Assembly (NCBI GenBank): GCA_041591895.1
Contig: JBFHRE010000001.1
Location: forward strand, 7,350 to 71,349
Source of the DNA: Acidimicrobiia bacterium
Lineage (GTDB): Bacteria; Actinomycetota; Acidimicrobiia; Spongiisociales; ZC4RG35
Direction: 5' to 3'
DNA length: 64,000 nt
The translations under genes and the position numbers were made by a program. The first letter of the stretch is position 1. The number at the start of each line of letters is the position of its first letter. The notes under the pieces are model-generated. The model was not told the origin of the DNA, ran no database searches, and was given only the letters and a program-made list of their open reading frames with translations. Of the stretch, positions 49,845 through 59,933 are shown piece after piece.

Positions 49845-50459
49845 ATGACCTGGGTGAAGGTGTGCGGCCTGCGGCGGGCCTCGGACATAGCCGTGGCGAC
49901 CGCGGCCGGAGCCGATGCCATCGGACTGGTGCTGGCCGACTCCCCTCGCCGGGTCGAACCCGACCTGGCCCGGCGACTCGCCGCAGGCTCGGAGCTGCCC
50001 GTCTATCTGGTTCTGGTCGGGGCCCGACCCAGTGAGGCGCTCGACCTGGCTGGTTACATCGGTGCTGCCGGGATTCAGCCGCACGGTGAGCGGGCGGCGC
50101 ATACCGCCGCCGCCGCGGTCAAGGCCGGCCTCGCGGTGCTGCGGCCGGTGAGGGTGGGGCCGATGCTGCTGGGGCCGGAAGGCGTCGCAGGGGAAGTCCC
50201 ATCCGACCAGATCCCGCTGCTCGACCGACACCATCCCGACCTGGAGGGCGGCACCGGCCTCCGAATCGACCCCGAGTGGATCCCGGACATGGATCGGGAA
50301 TGGGTGCTGGCGGGCGGACTCGGACCTGACAACATCCGTGAGGCCGTGATGGCTCTCCATCCCTGGGGAGTGGATGCATCGAGCGGCCTAGAGTCCTCTC
50401 CCGGAACCAAGGACCCCGCCTTGATCGAAGCCTTCGTCGAAAGAGCCAAGAAGACGTGA
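49845..50459 (+). CDS. trpF: N-(5'-phosphoribosyl)anthranilate isomerase TrpF
   Basis: N-terminal [26 protein letters not shown], typical of TrpF. About 200 aa. Confidence 0.8.
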   Translation: MTWVKVCGLRRASDIAVATAAGADAIGLVLADSPRRVEPDLARRLAAGSELPVYLVLVGARPSEALDLAGYIGAAGIQPHGERAAHTAAAAVKAGLAVLRPVRVGPMLLGPEGVAGEVPSDQIPLLDRHHPDLEGGTGLRIDPEWIPDMDREWVLAGGLGPDNIREAVMALHPWGVDASSGLESSPGTKDPALIEAFVERAKKT

Positions 50460-51640
50460 GCGGACTCAGACTGAGCCGGCCCGACAATCAAGGACGCTTT
50501 GGAGAGTTCGGCGGTCGGTTCGCGCCGGAGACGCTCATGCCGGCCCTCCGCCAGCTCGAGACGGAGTTCGAGCAGGCATGGTCCGACCCGGCGTTCGTCG
50601 GGGAGTACCGAGAGATCCTGCGGGATTTCGTCGGCCGGCCTACCCCGCTTCACGAGGCGCGCCGTCTGTCGGATGCGCTCGGGTTCCGGATCCTCCTGAA
50701 GCGAGAGGATCTGGCGCATACCGGAGCCCACAAGATCAACAACGCCATCGGCCAGGGCTTGCTCGCCCGCCGCATGGGAAAGCCGCGGGTGATCGCCGAG
50801 ACCGGTGCCGGACAGCACGGTGTCGCCACCGCGACTGCGGCCGCCAAACTCGGACTCGACTGCACGGTCTACATGGGCGAGGTGGATGTGCGGCGCCAGG
50901 CGCTCAACGTGCTGAGGATGCGAATCCTGGGAACCGAGGTCGTTCCGGTCACATCCGGGGCCGGCACGTTGAAGGACGCAGTGTCAGAGGCGATGCGGGA
51001 ATGGGTGAGCAGCGTCGAGGACACCCACTACATAATCGGGTCGGTCGTCGGACCTCACCCGTTCCCGTGGATCGTGCGCGAGTTCCAGAAGGTGATCGGG
51101 GAGGAGGTCCTCTACCAGCTCGGCGACGATCGCCCCGACCTGGTCGTGGCGTGTGTCGGCGGTGGATCCAACGCCATGGGGATCTTCTACCCGCTCGCCG
51201 ACCAGGGGATCGAATTGGTTGGTATCGAGGCGGCCGGAGACGGGATCGAGACCGGTCGCCATGGGGCATCGATTGGCGCCGGCTCACCGGGCGTGCTCCA
51301 CGGGACCCGGACCTACATGCTTCAGGACGACGACGGCCAGGTGCTCGAAGCCCACTCGATCTCGGCGGGTTTGGACTATCCCGGTGTCGGTCCCGAACAT
51401 GCATATTTCCACCAGAGTGGACTGGCGAGCTACGAGTCGGTGACCGACACAGAGGCGCTGCGCGGTGTCGAACTGCTGGCGAAGACCGAGGGGATCATCC
51501 CGGCGTTGGAGAGCGCCCACGCCATCGCCTGGCTCGAGCGTGAGGCCGGCCGGTTGAAAGGCAAGACGGTGCTAGTCAACGTGTCCGGGCGGGGCGACAA
51601 GGACGTGGACACCATCGGCGCCCATCGCGAGGAGGGCTGA
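50456..51640 (+). CDS. trpB: tryptophan synthase beta chain TrpB
   Basis: Motif [16 protein letters not shown]-lysine motif [21 protein letters not shown]. Confidence 0.95.
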   Translation: MSGLRLSRPDNQGRFGEFGGRFAPETLMPALRQLETEFEQAWSDPAFVGEYREILRDFVGRPTPLHEARRLSDALGFRILLKREDLAHTGAHKINNAIGQGLLARRMGKPRVIAETGAGQHGVATATAAAKLGLDCTVYMGEVDVRRQALNVLRMRILGTEVVPVTSGAGTLKDAVSEAMREWVSSVEDTHYIIGSVVGPHPFPWIVREFQKVIGEEVLYQLGDDRPDLVVACVGGGSNAMGIFYPLADQGIELVGIEAAGDGIETGRHGASIGAGSPGVLHGTRTYMLQDDDGQVLEAHSISAGLDYPGVGPEHAYFHQSGLASYESVTDTEALRGVELLAKTEGIIPALESAHAIAWLEREAGRLKGKTVLVNVSGRGDKDVDTIGAHREEG

Positions 51641-52437
51641 TGGGCGGTAACCGGCTGACCGAGCTCTTCGAACGAAGGCGCGGTGAGGGCCGGGCGGCGT
51701 TGCTCCCGTTCATGACCGCCGGCTTGCCGAATCCGCCATCGTCCGCGCAACTCTTCGAGGCGATGCTTCGTGCTGGAGCGGACGGATTCGAGGTTGGCAT
51801 TCCATATGCCGATCCGCTGATGGACGGTCCGGTGATCCAGAGAGGTAGCGACACCGCACTGCGGGCGGGGACCACCATCGAGGTGGCGTTGGGGATCGTT
51901 CGACAGGTGGCGGCCCTCGGTAGCCCGGTGCTGGCGATGACCTACGCCAACCCGGTGTTCCGACGAGGGGTGGACTGGTTCTGCGGAGCCCTGGCCGAGG
52001 CCGGGGCCGACGGGATCATCGTGCCGGACCTGCCGGTCGAAGAGTCCGGCCCCCTGCGGGCGGCCGGTTCGAGGCATGGGATCGGAGTGGTGCAGTTCGC
52101 GGCTCCGATGTCCGACGAGTCGAGGATCGCCGCAGTGGTCGATGCCGATCCGGTGTTCGTCTATGCGGTGGCCGAGATGGGGGTGACCGGCGAGCGAACC
52201 GAAGGGGGAGGAAACCTGGAACGCCTGATCGCCAGGATCCGGTCCGTGTCGGATGTCCCCGTGGTGGCGGGGGTCGGGATCTCGACGCCGGAGCAGGTAG
52301 CTGCGGCCGCCGCGGCCGGCGCCGACGGTGTGATCGTGGGCTCGGCGCTGGTTCGCAAGGTGCTCGAGGCCCCAGACCTGGAAGCGGCAGCCGACGAGGT
52401 CGGCAGAGCAGTACTCGCGCTGAGTCGATCGGCCTGA
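51640..52437 (+). CDS. trpA: tryptophan synthase alpha chain TrpA
   Basis: ATGA overlap with trpB. Motifs LLPFMTAG and GADGFEVGIPYADPLMDGPVIQ. Confidence 0.9.
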   Translation: MGGNRLTELFERRRGEGRAALLPFMTAGLPNPPSSAQLFEAMLRAGADGFEVGIPYADPLMDGPVIQRGSDTALRAGTTIEVALGIVRQVAALGSPVLAMTYANPVFRRGVDWFCGALAEAGADGIIVPDLPVEESGPLRAAGSRHGIGVVQFAAPMSDESRIAAVVDADPVFVYAVAEMGVTGERTEGGGNLERLIARIRSVSDVPVVAGVGISTPEQVAAAAAAGADGVIVGSALVRKVLEAPDLEAAADEVGRAVLALSRSA

Positions 52438-52785
52438 GGGGCGAGCCTCCAGGCGCCAGCCGCCAGCCTCCGCTCGCCGAGCCACGAGCAGCGCAGATCA
52501 CCCAGCGCCAACTTCCCGCCTTTCGCCGGTGCCCCCCCAACGTCGCTTCGCTCCTGGGGGAGAGAGTTCGTCTTCCGTCTCCTGGGTCGTGTGGCCGCTG
52601 GTGGCTCGCGACTCGCGACCCGATCGGCGGTGCCGCCGCCAAATCAAGGCAACGGCCCCGTCGACTGGTTGATTCGTCCTCAGCCAGGGAGTGGGGGGAG
52701 TGGGGATGCGGCGAGGACGACAGTATGGACGGGACCGTTGCCAGTCGGAACGATAGCTCTAGCCCTCTTCGCCGTGTGGGATTGT

Positions 52786-52867
52786 GCCGGAGGCGGGACT
52801 CGAACCCGCACGCCCAAAGGACAATGGATTTTGAGTCCATCGCGTCTGCCAATTCCGCCACTCCGGC
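52786..52867 (-). tRNA. tRNA-Leu (anticodon CAA), CCA not encoded
   Basis: Reverse complement reads GCCGGAGTGGCGGAATTGGCAGACGCGATGGACTCAAAATCCATTGTCCTTTGGGCGTGCGGGTTCGAGTCCCGCCTCCGGCA. This gives a cloverleaf with anticodon loop CTCAAAA, a long variable arm and a GTTCGAGTC T-loop. Confidence 0.85.
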
Positions 52868-52928
52868 CGGAACCGCAGGCAGTGTAGGCCGCGGTCGGGT
52901 GCCGGCGTCCGTCGGTAGAGTCGCAGGC

Positions 52929-53204
52929 ATGAGCCGCATCCAACGCAAGCTGCTCGCGATCATGGATGAGGTCGAACGTCTCGTCGTCGAGCGCCGCCAG
53001 GTGGAGGATGAGCTGTCGTTTCACAGGTTGATCGACGACGACGCCCAGCGCGACGCGGCGGTGTCGGGCCTCGACGTCGATCGCCGTGAGGCCGGCTCGA
53101 CGAGTGCCGATGTGAGGCGCTTCGAACGGCGGTTGAGTGCCATCGATGCGCGTCTCGAGAAGCTCGAAGAACGGCGCGTGAAGCTCACGGATAGGCTGGC
53201 CTGA
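52929..53204 (+). CDS. hypothetical coiled-coil protein (91 aa)
   Basis: ATG at 52929. Predicted helical and charged throughout. Its stop lies 3 nt before the polA start. Confidence 0.4.
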   Translation: MSRIQRKLLAIMDEVERLVVERRQVEDELSFHRLIDDDAQRDAAVSGLDVDRREAGSTSADVRRFERRLSAIDARLEKLEERRVKLTDRLA

Positions 53205-53207
53205 CCC

Positions 53208-55817
53208 ATGCCCACCCTGGCGCTTCTCGACGGCCATTCGATCGCGTACCGCGCGTTCTTTGCGTTGCCCGAGGATCTCGCCACCAGTTCGGGGCAGGTG
53301 ACCAACTCCGTGTTCGGTTTCACCCGGATGCTGATCAAGCTCCTTGGCGATCATCATCCCGATGCGGTGGCGGTGGCCTGGGACGTCGGCCGGCAGACGT
53401 TCCGGACCGAGGAATACCCGGAGTACAAGGCCCAACGGACCAGCGCCCCGGACAATTTCAAATCTCAGCTGCCGCTCATCCGCGAGGTTCTGGAATCTCT
53501 GGACATCAGCCAGCTGCAACAGGAGGGGTATGAGGCGGACGACGTCATCGCCTCACTGTCCGAGAAAGCGGTCGCCGGGGGGTGGGACGTGCTGGTGGTG
53601 ACCGGAGACCGCGACGCGTTTCAGCTGGTCGATGGGCATCGGAAGGTGCTGTACACCCGCCGGGGGATATCCGACACGGTCCTGGCCGATGCCGCGTACA
53701 TCGAGGAGAAGTACGGGATCCGGCCCGACCAGTACGTCGAGTACGCCGCTCTCCGGGGGGACAACTCCGACAATCTGCCTGGCGTACCCGGGGTGGGGGA
53801 GAAGACCGCGGCCAAGCTGATCTCGGGATACGGCAATCTCGAGGGAGTCTTCGACCACCTGGACGAGCAGACCCCCAAGTTGAAGGAGAACCTGGCCGAG
53901 CACAAACATCAGGCGTTCTTGAATCGCAGCCTGATGCGCCTCGTGCGGTCCCTGGAGGTCGATGTCGATTTCGACAAACTGCTCGACAGCCATTGGGACC
54001 AGCCCAAGGCCCGTGAGCTGTTCACGAGCCTCGAATTTCATTCCCTGTGGGAGGACCTGCTCGAGGTGCTGCCGGGCGGAGTCACGCCCGACCGAGAGGT
54101 CCTCGAGGCCGAGGGGCGCCTGGGCGATGCGGTCGACATCGTGGCAGCAGCCGAATCGGGGAATCTGGTTCTCGACCTGTTCGAAGAGGGCGACTTCTCC
54201 GGGTTGGTCGCCCTGACGGGAGAGGAGTCGGCGGTGGTAGTCCCCCTCGATCGCCTCGATGGAGCTGCGGGCGTGCTCGCCGATCCAAGTGTGTCGAAGC
54301 AGGGACACGACCTGAAAACGGTCAGCCGGCGACTTGGCGACCTGGGACTGCGGGTGGAGGGCATCGGCTTCGACACAGCGCTCGCCGCCTATGTCCTCGA
54401 CCCGTCATCCCGGGCCTATTCACTCGGCGACGTGGTGGAGCGCTGGCTTGGGAGCGAACTCGACTCGGTCGACCGCGAGCCGGCCGAACCGGTGGGACAG
54501 GGAGCGTTCGACTTCTCCGGCGGACCCGATCTCGACGCAGCCGCCCGGCGGGTGGTGGCCATTTCCCGGTTGGTTCCGGTTCTCGAGGAGGTGCTGTCGA
54601 ACTGGGAGGAGCTGGACCTGTTCCGGGACTTCGAGCTTCCCCTCATCGAGGTTCTCGCCCGCATGGAGACGGCAGGGATCGCCATCGATCGGCCCTATCT
54701 GGAAGGCATGGGCGAGGAGCTGCGGTCGGAGCTGTCGAATCTGGAGGTGGAGATACATGACCTCGCCGGCGAGTCGTTCAACATCAACTCGACCGATCAG
54801 CTGGCCCAGGTGCTCTTCACCAAGCTCGAACTGCCGGTCCTCAAGAAGACCGGCACCGGCAAGCCATCGACCGACGCTTCGGTGTTGGAGAAGCTCGACC
54901 ATCCGCTCATCGAGAGGCTGTTGCGGTACCGGGAGCTCGAGAAACTGCGGTCCACCTACGTCGACGGGTATCTGCCACTGATCGGCGCCGACGGCAGGAT
55001 CCACACCCGTTTCAACCAGATGGCGGCCTCGACCGGCCGTCTCTCGTCCGAGGAGCCCAACCTGCAGAACATCCCGGTGCGGTCCGAGACCGGCCGGACC
55101 GTGCGGCGCGCCTTCGTTCCCCAGGAGGGATGGAGGTTCATCGTGGCCGACTATTCCCAGATCGAGCTCCGGGTCCTGGCCCACATGTCGCAGGAACCGG
55201 CGCTGATCGACGCCTTCCAGCGGGGAGCGGACATCCACACCGCTACAGCCGCGAGAGTGTTCGGGGTCCCCGACGACCTCGTGAGCGGTGAGATGCGCCG
55301 CCTGGCGAAGATGATCAACTTCGGCCTCCTCTACGGAATGGAGGCGTATGGACTGGCCGATCGGCTCGGGATCTCTCGGGACGAGGCGAGAGCCCACATC
55401 GATGCTTACTTCGACCAATTCCGGGGCGTAAAGGACTATCTCGACGGAGTCGTCACCCAGGCCCGACGTGACGGCTACACCTCGACCCTCTTCGGGCGAC
55501 GGCGCTACCTCCCCGAACTCAAATCGGACAACTTCCGCGTGCGGCAGATGGGGGAGCGGATGGCCCTCAACGCCCCGATCCAGGGCACCGCCGCCGACAT
55601 CATCAAGAAGGCGATGATCGACCTCGATCGCGCCATCGCCGGGCACGAGGGAAGGCTCCTCCTCCAGATCCACGACGAGTTGGTTCTCGAGGCGCCACCG
55701 GACGAGATCGATGATCTGTCTGCCACGACGGTCGATGTGATGGCGGGTGTGGCGCAACTGGCGGTGCCGCTGGTGGCCGAGGTGGCGGTGTGCGATAACT
55801 TGGCTGAAGCCAAGTGA
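53208..55817 (+). CDS. polA: DNA polymerase I
   Basis: N-terminal 5'-3' exonuclease (LLDGHSIAYRAFFAL). C-terminal family A polymerase motifs (RRLAKMINFGLLYGM, QIHDELVLE). Confidence 0.95.
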   Translation: MPTLALLDGHSIAYRAFFALPEDLATSSGQVTNSVFGFTRMLIKLLGDHHPDAVAVAWDVGRQTFRTEEYPEYKAQRTSAPDNFKSQLPLIREVLESLDISQLQQEGYEADDVIASLSEKAVAGGWDVLVVTGDRDAFQLVDGHRKVLYTRRGISDTVLADAAYIEEKYGIRPDQYVEYAALRGDNSDNLPGVPGVGEKTAAKLISGYGNLEGVFDHLDEQTPKLKENLAEHKHQAFLNRSLMRLVRSLEVDVDFDKLLDSHWDQPKARELFTSLEFHSLWEDLLEVLPGGVTPDREVLEAEGRLGDAVDIVAAAESGNLVLDLFEEGDFSGLVALTGEESAVVVPLDRLDGAAGVLADPSVSKQGHDLKTVSRRLGDLGLRVEGIGFDTALAAYVLDPSSRAYSLGDVVERWLGSELDSVDREPAEPVGQGAFDFSGGPDLDAAARRVVAISRLVPVLEEVLSNWEELDLFRDFELPLIEVLARMETAGIAIDRPYLEGMGEELRSELSNLEVEIHDLAGESFNINSTDQLAQVLFTKLELPVLKKTGTGKPSTDASVLEKLDHPLIERLLRYRELEKLRSTYVDGYLPLIGADGRIHTRFNQMAASTGRLSSEEPNLQNIPVRSETGRTVRRAFVPQEGWRFIVADYSQIELRVLAHMSQEPALIDAFQRGADIHTATAARVFGVPDDLVSGEMRRLAKMINFGLLYGMEAYGLADRLGISRDEARAHIDAYFDQFRGVKDYLDGVVTQARRDGYTSTLFGRRRYLPELKSDNFRVRQMGERMALNAPIQGTAADIIKKAMIDLDRAIAGHEGRLLLQIHDELVLEAPPDEIDDLSATTVDVMAGVAQLAVPLVAEVAVCDNLAEAK

Positions 55818-55825
55818 GCCGCCGG

Positions 55826-55900
55826 CTTCCAGCCGCCAGCTACCAGCCAGACGCCGGACTCAGAGCTGGCAGCCGGCAGCTGGTGGCGGGTAGCTGGCTC
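55826..55900. terminator. GC-rich imperfect inverted repeat downstream of polA (stem GCCAGCTACC/GGTAGCTGGC); putative terminator
   Basis: GCCAGCTACC at 55835-55844 pairs with GGTAGCTGGC at 55889-55898. No U-tract follows. Confidence 0.25.
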
Positions 55901-56000
55901 GGACTTTCGGCCGCGAACTCCATGTGATAGCCTGATCACACCCTTGGACACGTGTATTCGTCGTCCTTGGGAAATCCTTTCGGAGGTAGAGAACCCACCC

Positions 56001-57557
56001 ATGTCAGACCAAGAGACCGCGCCCGAGGCCGTAGAGCCGGAGGCGGACACCGTGGCCGAGACCGTCGACGCCGCTGCCGAAGAGGCCGCCGCCGAGCCGG
56101 TTGCCGAGACGGCCCCAGACCCGATCGTTGAAGACGAAAAGGCGCCCGTGAGCGAGGCCCCTGCCACCGTCGAGGCTGTCACCGGCGAGGCTGCCACGCC
56201 CGAGGCCCCTGCCACCGTCGAGGCTGTCACACCCGAGGCCCCTGTCACACCCGAGGCACCCAAGGTGGCACCGGCCGGTCCCGTCGCCATTGTCGCCCCG
56301 GACCTCAGCCATCTTTCCGATGACATCATCGACGACTTCGAGGCGGCCATCGCCGCCACCGTCATCGAGTTCAAGGAGGGGGACATCGTCGAGGGCACGG
56401 TCGTGAGCGTCGACGGTGACGGTGCGATGGTCGACATCGGTTACAAGTCGGAGGGGTTGATCCCCACCGAGGAGCTCTCTATCCGCAACAACGTGGACCC
56501 GACCAACATCGTGAAGGTCGGCGACCGGGTCGAAGCGCTCGTTCTCAACAAGGAGGACGACGAGGGCCGGCTCATTCTCTCGAAGAAGCGAGCTCAATAC
56601 GAGCGGGCCTGGGGCCGGATTCAGCAGATCACCGATTCCGGGGAGACCGTACGCGGCACCGTCATCGAAGTGGTCAAGGGCGGTCTGATCGTCGACATCG
56701 GGCTCCGGGGCTTCCTCCCGGCATCACTGGTCGACCTCCGACGAGTGCGGGATCTCGATCCGTTCGTCGGCGAGGAGATCGACGCCAAGGTCATCGAGCT
56801 CGATCGCAACCGCAACAACGTGGTTCTCTCACGCCGCGCCTACCTCGAAGAGGAACAGCAGGAGCAGCGTCAGGCGTTCCTCGACGATCTTGCCGAGGGC
56901 GAAGTCCGCGAGGGCGTCGTCTCCTCGGTGGTGAACTTTGGGGCTTTTGTCGACCTGGGTGGCATGGACGGACTCGTCCACGTCTCCGAGCTCTCATGGC
57001 AGCACGTCAACCACCCGTCCGAGGTGGTGAAAGTGGGCGACAAGGTCACCGTCAAGGTGCTGGAGGTCGAACGAGGCCGGGAGCGGATTTCGCTCTCCAT
57101 CCGGCAGACGCTCGAAGACCCGTGGGTCGTGTTTGCTCGCGACCACGAGCTGGGCGATGTCGTCGACGGACAGGTCATCAAGACGGTCCCGTTCGGCGCC
57201 TTCGTGGCCGTGTCCGACGGTGTCGAGGGACTCGTCCACGTGTCGGAGATCGCCGTCCACCGGGTCGAGTCGCCCGAGTTGGAGCTCTCGATCGGGCAGA
57301 CCGTCAAGGTCAAGATCACAGAGCTCGACGAGGACAAGCGCCGCGTGAGCCTTTCGATCAAGCAGGCCCTTCCGGACTGGAAGGAGCGGGAGACCGCAGC
57401 TGCTGCGCCGGCCGCCCCGAGCCGCAAGCGTCCGGTGCGCAGGGAGTTCGAGCGGGAGTTCGGTGAGGAGGAGCCGGAGCGTCCAGCCGTGGCCGTGGAC
57501 GCCTCACTGGAGGCGATTCTCCAGGAGTTGAAGGAGCGGGGGATCGGCCGCCGCTGA
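56001..57557 (+). CDS. rpsA: 30S ribosomal protein S1 with an N-terminal acidic repeat extension of about 100 aa
   Basis: RBS GGAGG 10 nt upstream of the ATG at 56001. Four or more S1 domains follow the extension. Confidence 0.9.
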   Translation: MSDQETAPEAVEPEADTVAETVDAAAEEAAAEPVAETAPDPIVEDEKAPVSEAPATVEAVTGEAATPEAPATVEAVTPEAPVTPEAPKVAPAGPVAIVAPDLSHLSDDIIDDFEAAIAATVIEFKEGDIVEGTVVSVDGDGAMVDIGYKSEGLIPTEELSIRNNVDPTNIVKVGDRVEALVLNKEDDEGRLILSKKRAQYERAWGRIQQITDSGETVRGTVIEVVKGGLIVDIGLRGFLPASLVDLRRVRDLDPFVGEEIDAKVIELDRNRNNVVLSRRAYLEEEQQEQRQAFLDDLAEGEVREGVVSSVVNFGAFVDLGGMDGLVHVSELSWQHVNHPSEVVKVGDKVTVKVLEVERGRERISLSIRQTLEDPWVVFARDHELGDVVDGQVIKTVPFGAFVAVSDGVEGLVHVSEIAVHRVESPELELSIGQTVKVKITELDEDKRRVSLSIKQALPDWKERETAAAAPAAPSRKRPVRREFEREFGEEEPERPAVAVDASLEAILQELKERGIGRR

Positions 57558-57790
57558 TCCTTGACCGTCATCGCAATCTCTGCGAGCCTTCGGCGGGAAT
57601 GACTCAAGTGGGTCCGTGAGCGCGACGATGAGTTTTCGGTTACGGACCGAACCGGTGAAATCGGGGATTTCGCCTGCGTCTGACAAGATGCTGGCGGTCG
57701 CCCCGGGCGAGCCGGTCGGGAAGGGTGAACTTGATCTGGTGGGAAGCCGCTCGTTCATTCACCGAACATCAGATGATCTAAGGAGCATTG

Positions 57791-58705
57791 ATGGGTAGGA
57801 GAGCGTTGGTCTTGGCGATCGCCCTGTTGTTGGGCGCGGTGGCGGGGTTCGCCATCTGGCGCTACCTCAGCGGCGTAGAGAGCGAGATCCGGGCGGGTCA
57901 GGAACAGATCCCGGTCTTCCGGGCGGTAGTGCCGGTCGCCGAAGGAACCACCGGCGCCGTGGTCCTGCAAGGTGGACTGGCTTCATACACTCCCGGTTTC
58001 GAGCAAAAGGAAGACTTGCCGGCGGACGCCATCAGAACCGAGGAGGAGCTGAACCAGATTCTCGGCACCCGGGTTGCCGTCGGTCCGATCTCGCAGAACG
58101 AGATCTTCGTCCAGAGCCAGTGGGTCGAGCCGAATGTTCAGCTCACGCCGCTGGTGGACCTGATCGACGAGGGCCTGGAGGCGGTCACCGTCTCACCGGA
58201 CATCGTCGCCGGAGTCAACGGGTTCGTGCGCCCTGGCGACCGGGTCAACATCCTGGTGACGCTCTCCATCGCCTTCAACCTGACGGAGGTCGGGCAGACC
58301 CCCGAGTTCGGATTCCCGTCGGAGCAGCCGGCCGAGGGCGAGGAGCAGAGCACCCAAGAAGAGGTGGTTGAATACACTCGGTACGTGTTGAACCAGGTGC
58401 CGGTGATCGCAGTTGGCCGCAAGCTCGTGGCCGAGGAAGGCGAGTCCGAGCAGGTGACGGCCACCACCGTGGCCGCCGCCGGCGAGGGCACGGTCCAGGG
58501 CGACCAGGCTCCGGAGGAAGCCGTCACCTCGGTTTACACCCTTGCGCTGCCGGCGGAAGAGATCGAGCGACTGATCTTCGCCCAATCGAACGGTGCCCTC
58601 TACTTCACCCTGATCCCGGAGGACTACGTCCTCACCGAGACCAAGGGCGTCACGATCGCAACCCTGTTCGCCGGCGACCTGGTCGAGGACATCTTCGGCA
58701 ACTGA
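57791..58705 (+). CDS. cpaB: Flp pilus assembly protein CpaB (RcpC)
   Basis: RBS AAGGAG upstream of the ATG at 57791. N-terminal TM, SAF-like domain and C-terminal CpaB pattern. Confidence 0.8.
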   Translation: MGRRALVLAIALLLGAVAGFAIWRYLSGVESEIRAGQEQIPVFRAVVPVAEGTTGAVVLQGGLASYTPGFEQKEDLPADAIRTEEELNQILGTRVAVGPISQNEIFVQSQWVEPNVQLTPLVDLIDEGLEAVTVSPDIVAGVNGFVRPGDRVNILVTLSIAFNLTEVGQTPEFGFPSEQPAEGEEQSTQEEVVEYTRYVLNQVPVIAVGRKLVAEEGESEQVTATTVAAAGEGTVQGDQAPEEAVTSVYTLALPAEEIERLIFAQSNGALYFTLIPEDYVLTETKGVTIATLFAGDLVEDIFGN

Positions 58706-58718
58706 CAATCGAGGAAAC

Positions 58719-59906
58719 GTGTCTCTGAGCGAGAACAACCTGCTGGTCGTCGACGACGACGACAATTTCATCGACGAGGCGAAGCGGCTGTTCGATGGTG
58801 GGCTGCCGACCGCCCGCTCGATGGGCGACGCCCTGCAGGCGATCGAGAGCGGCAACCTGAGGATGGTGATCCTGGGTCCGAGCTACGCCAACGAAGCGGC
58901 GCTCGAGAACGTGAAGACCCTGCGATATCAGGATCCGTCGATCATCTCACTGGTCGTGGCGGACTCGGTCACCGCCGGGTTGCTGCGGGCGGCGATGCGG
59001 GTAGGCGTCTCCGACGTGCTCGAGATGCCGTTGACCGAAGAGAAGATCGAACAGGCGATCGTCCAGTTCTCGAGCGAGGTGTTGACCGCGCCGCGAGCCG
59101 CCACGCCGGCGGCGCCGGTGGCCGCAGCCCGCACCGACGGTGAGGTCGTCACGGTGATGTCGGCCAAGGGCGGATCCGGGAAGACGGTCACGGCCACCAA
59201 CCTCGCGGTGTTGTTGGCCCGAGATCCGGACACCAAGGTGGTCCTGGTTGACGCCGACCTCCAGTTCGGCGATGTCTGTCTCGTGCTCCAACTGGAGCCG
59301 AAGTTCACGGTGGTCAATGCCGCCGCAGAGCTGCACCGGCTCGACACCCAACTCATCGACTCGATCCTGGCGTCGCATCCGACCGGACTCAAGGTTCTGG
59401 CGGCGCCACTCGAGCCGGCGTTCGCCGACGACATCACGACGGCCGGCCTGCTGCAGATCATCGAACTGCTGCGGCAGATGTTCGACTATGTGGTCGTCGA
59501 CACGGCGTCGTTGTTGGACGAACTCCTCCTTTCGTTGCTGGAGCGGTCTGATCAGGTGTTGATGGTGGTCGACATGGACCTTCCGTCGGTGAAGAACGCC
59601 AAGCTTGCTTTGGAGACGCTCAGGCTGCTGAAGTACCCGACTGGCAAGATCCGGTTGGTGTTGAACCGCTCGAACGCCAAGGCGCGGTTGGACGACCGGG
59701 AGATCGAAGGCGCGCTCAAATCTCAGATCTCAGCTCGGGTACCCTCTGAGGGAATCGTGGCCGCTTCGGTCAACGAGGGCCGGCCGGTGGTCGAGTCCGC
59801 TCCCAAGTCCAAGGTGGCGAAGGGATTCGAAGAGGTCCATGCACTGGTGAAGGGGTCCGGGGTGAACAGTTCACCTTCAGGCCGTGGGGTGTTCCGCCGA
59901 AACTAG
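58719..59906 (+). CDS. cpaE: Tad pilus assembly ATPase CpaE/TadZ (receiver-like domain + MinD/ParA ATPase)
   Basis: GTG start with a GAGGA RBS. N-terminal receiver-like domain (LLVVDDDDN). Deviant Walker A motif MSAKGGSGKTVTATNLA. Confidence 0.85.
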   Translation: MSLSENNLLVVDDDDNFIDEAKRLFDGGLPTARSMGDALQAIESGNLRMVILGPSYANEAALENVKTLRYQDPSIISLVVADSVTAGLLRAAMRVGVSDVLEMPLTEEKIEQAIVQFSSEVLTAPRAATPAAPVAAARTDGEVVTVMSAKGGSGKTVTATNLAVLLARDPDTKVVLVDADLQFGDVCLVLQLEPKFTVVNAAAELHRLDTQLIDSILASHPTGLKVLAAPLEPAFADDITTAGLLQIIELLRQMFDYVVVDTASLLDELLLSLLERSDQVLMVVDMDLPSVKNAKLALETLRLLKYPTGKIRLVLNRSNAKARLDDREIEGALKSQISARVPSEGIVAASVNEGRPVVESAPKSKVAKGFEEVHALVKGSGVNSSPSGRGVFRRN

Positions 59907-59933
59907 GCGTGAACGAATAAGAGAGGGATCACG

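Noticed and set aside
52016-52963. 315-aa minus-strand ORF and 98-aa plus-strand ORF (52591-52887)
   Set aside because: Both run through the tRNA-Leu gene and the GC-rich intergenic region. Their composition is Pro/Arg-rich and non-protein-like.
57616-57798. 60-aa ORF upstream of cpaB considered as a possible Flp pilin
   Set aside because: It has no hydrophobic core and no Flp G/XXXXEY motif, and it overlaps the cpaB RBS and start. It is most likely non-coding.
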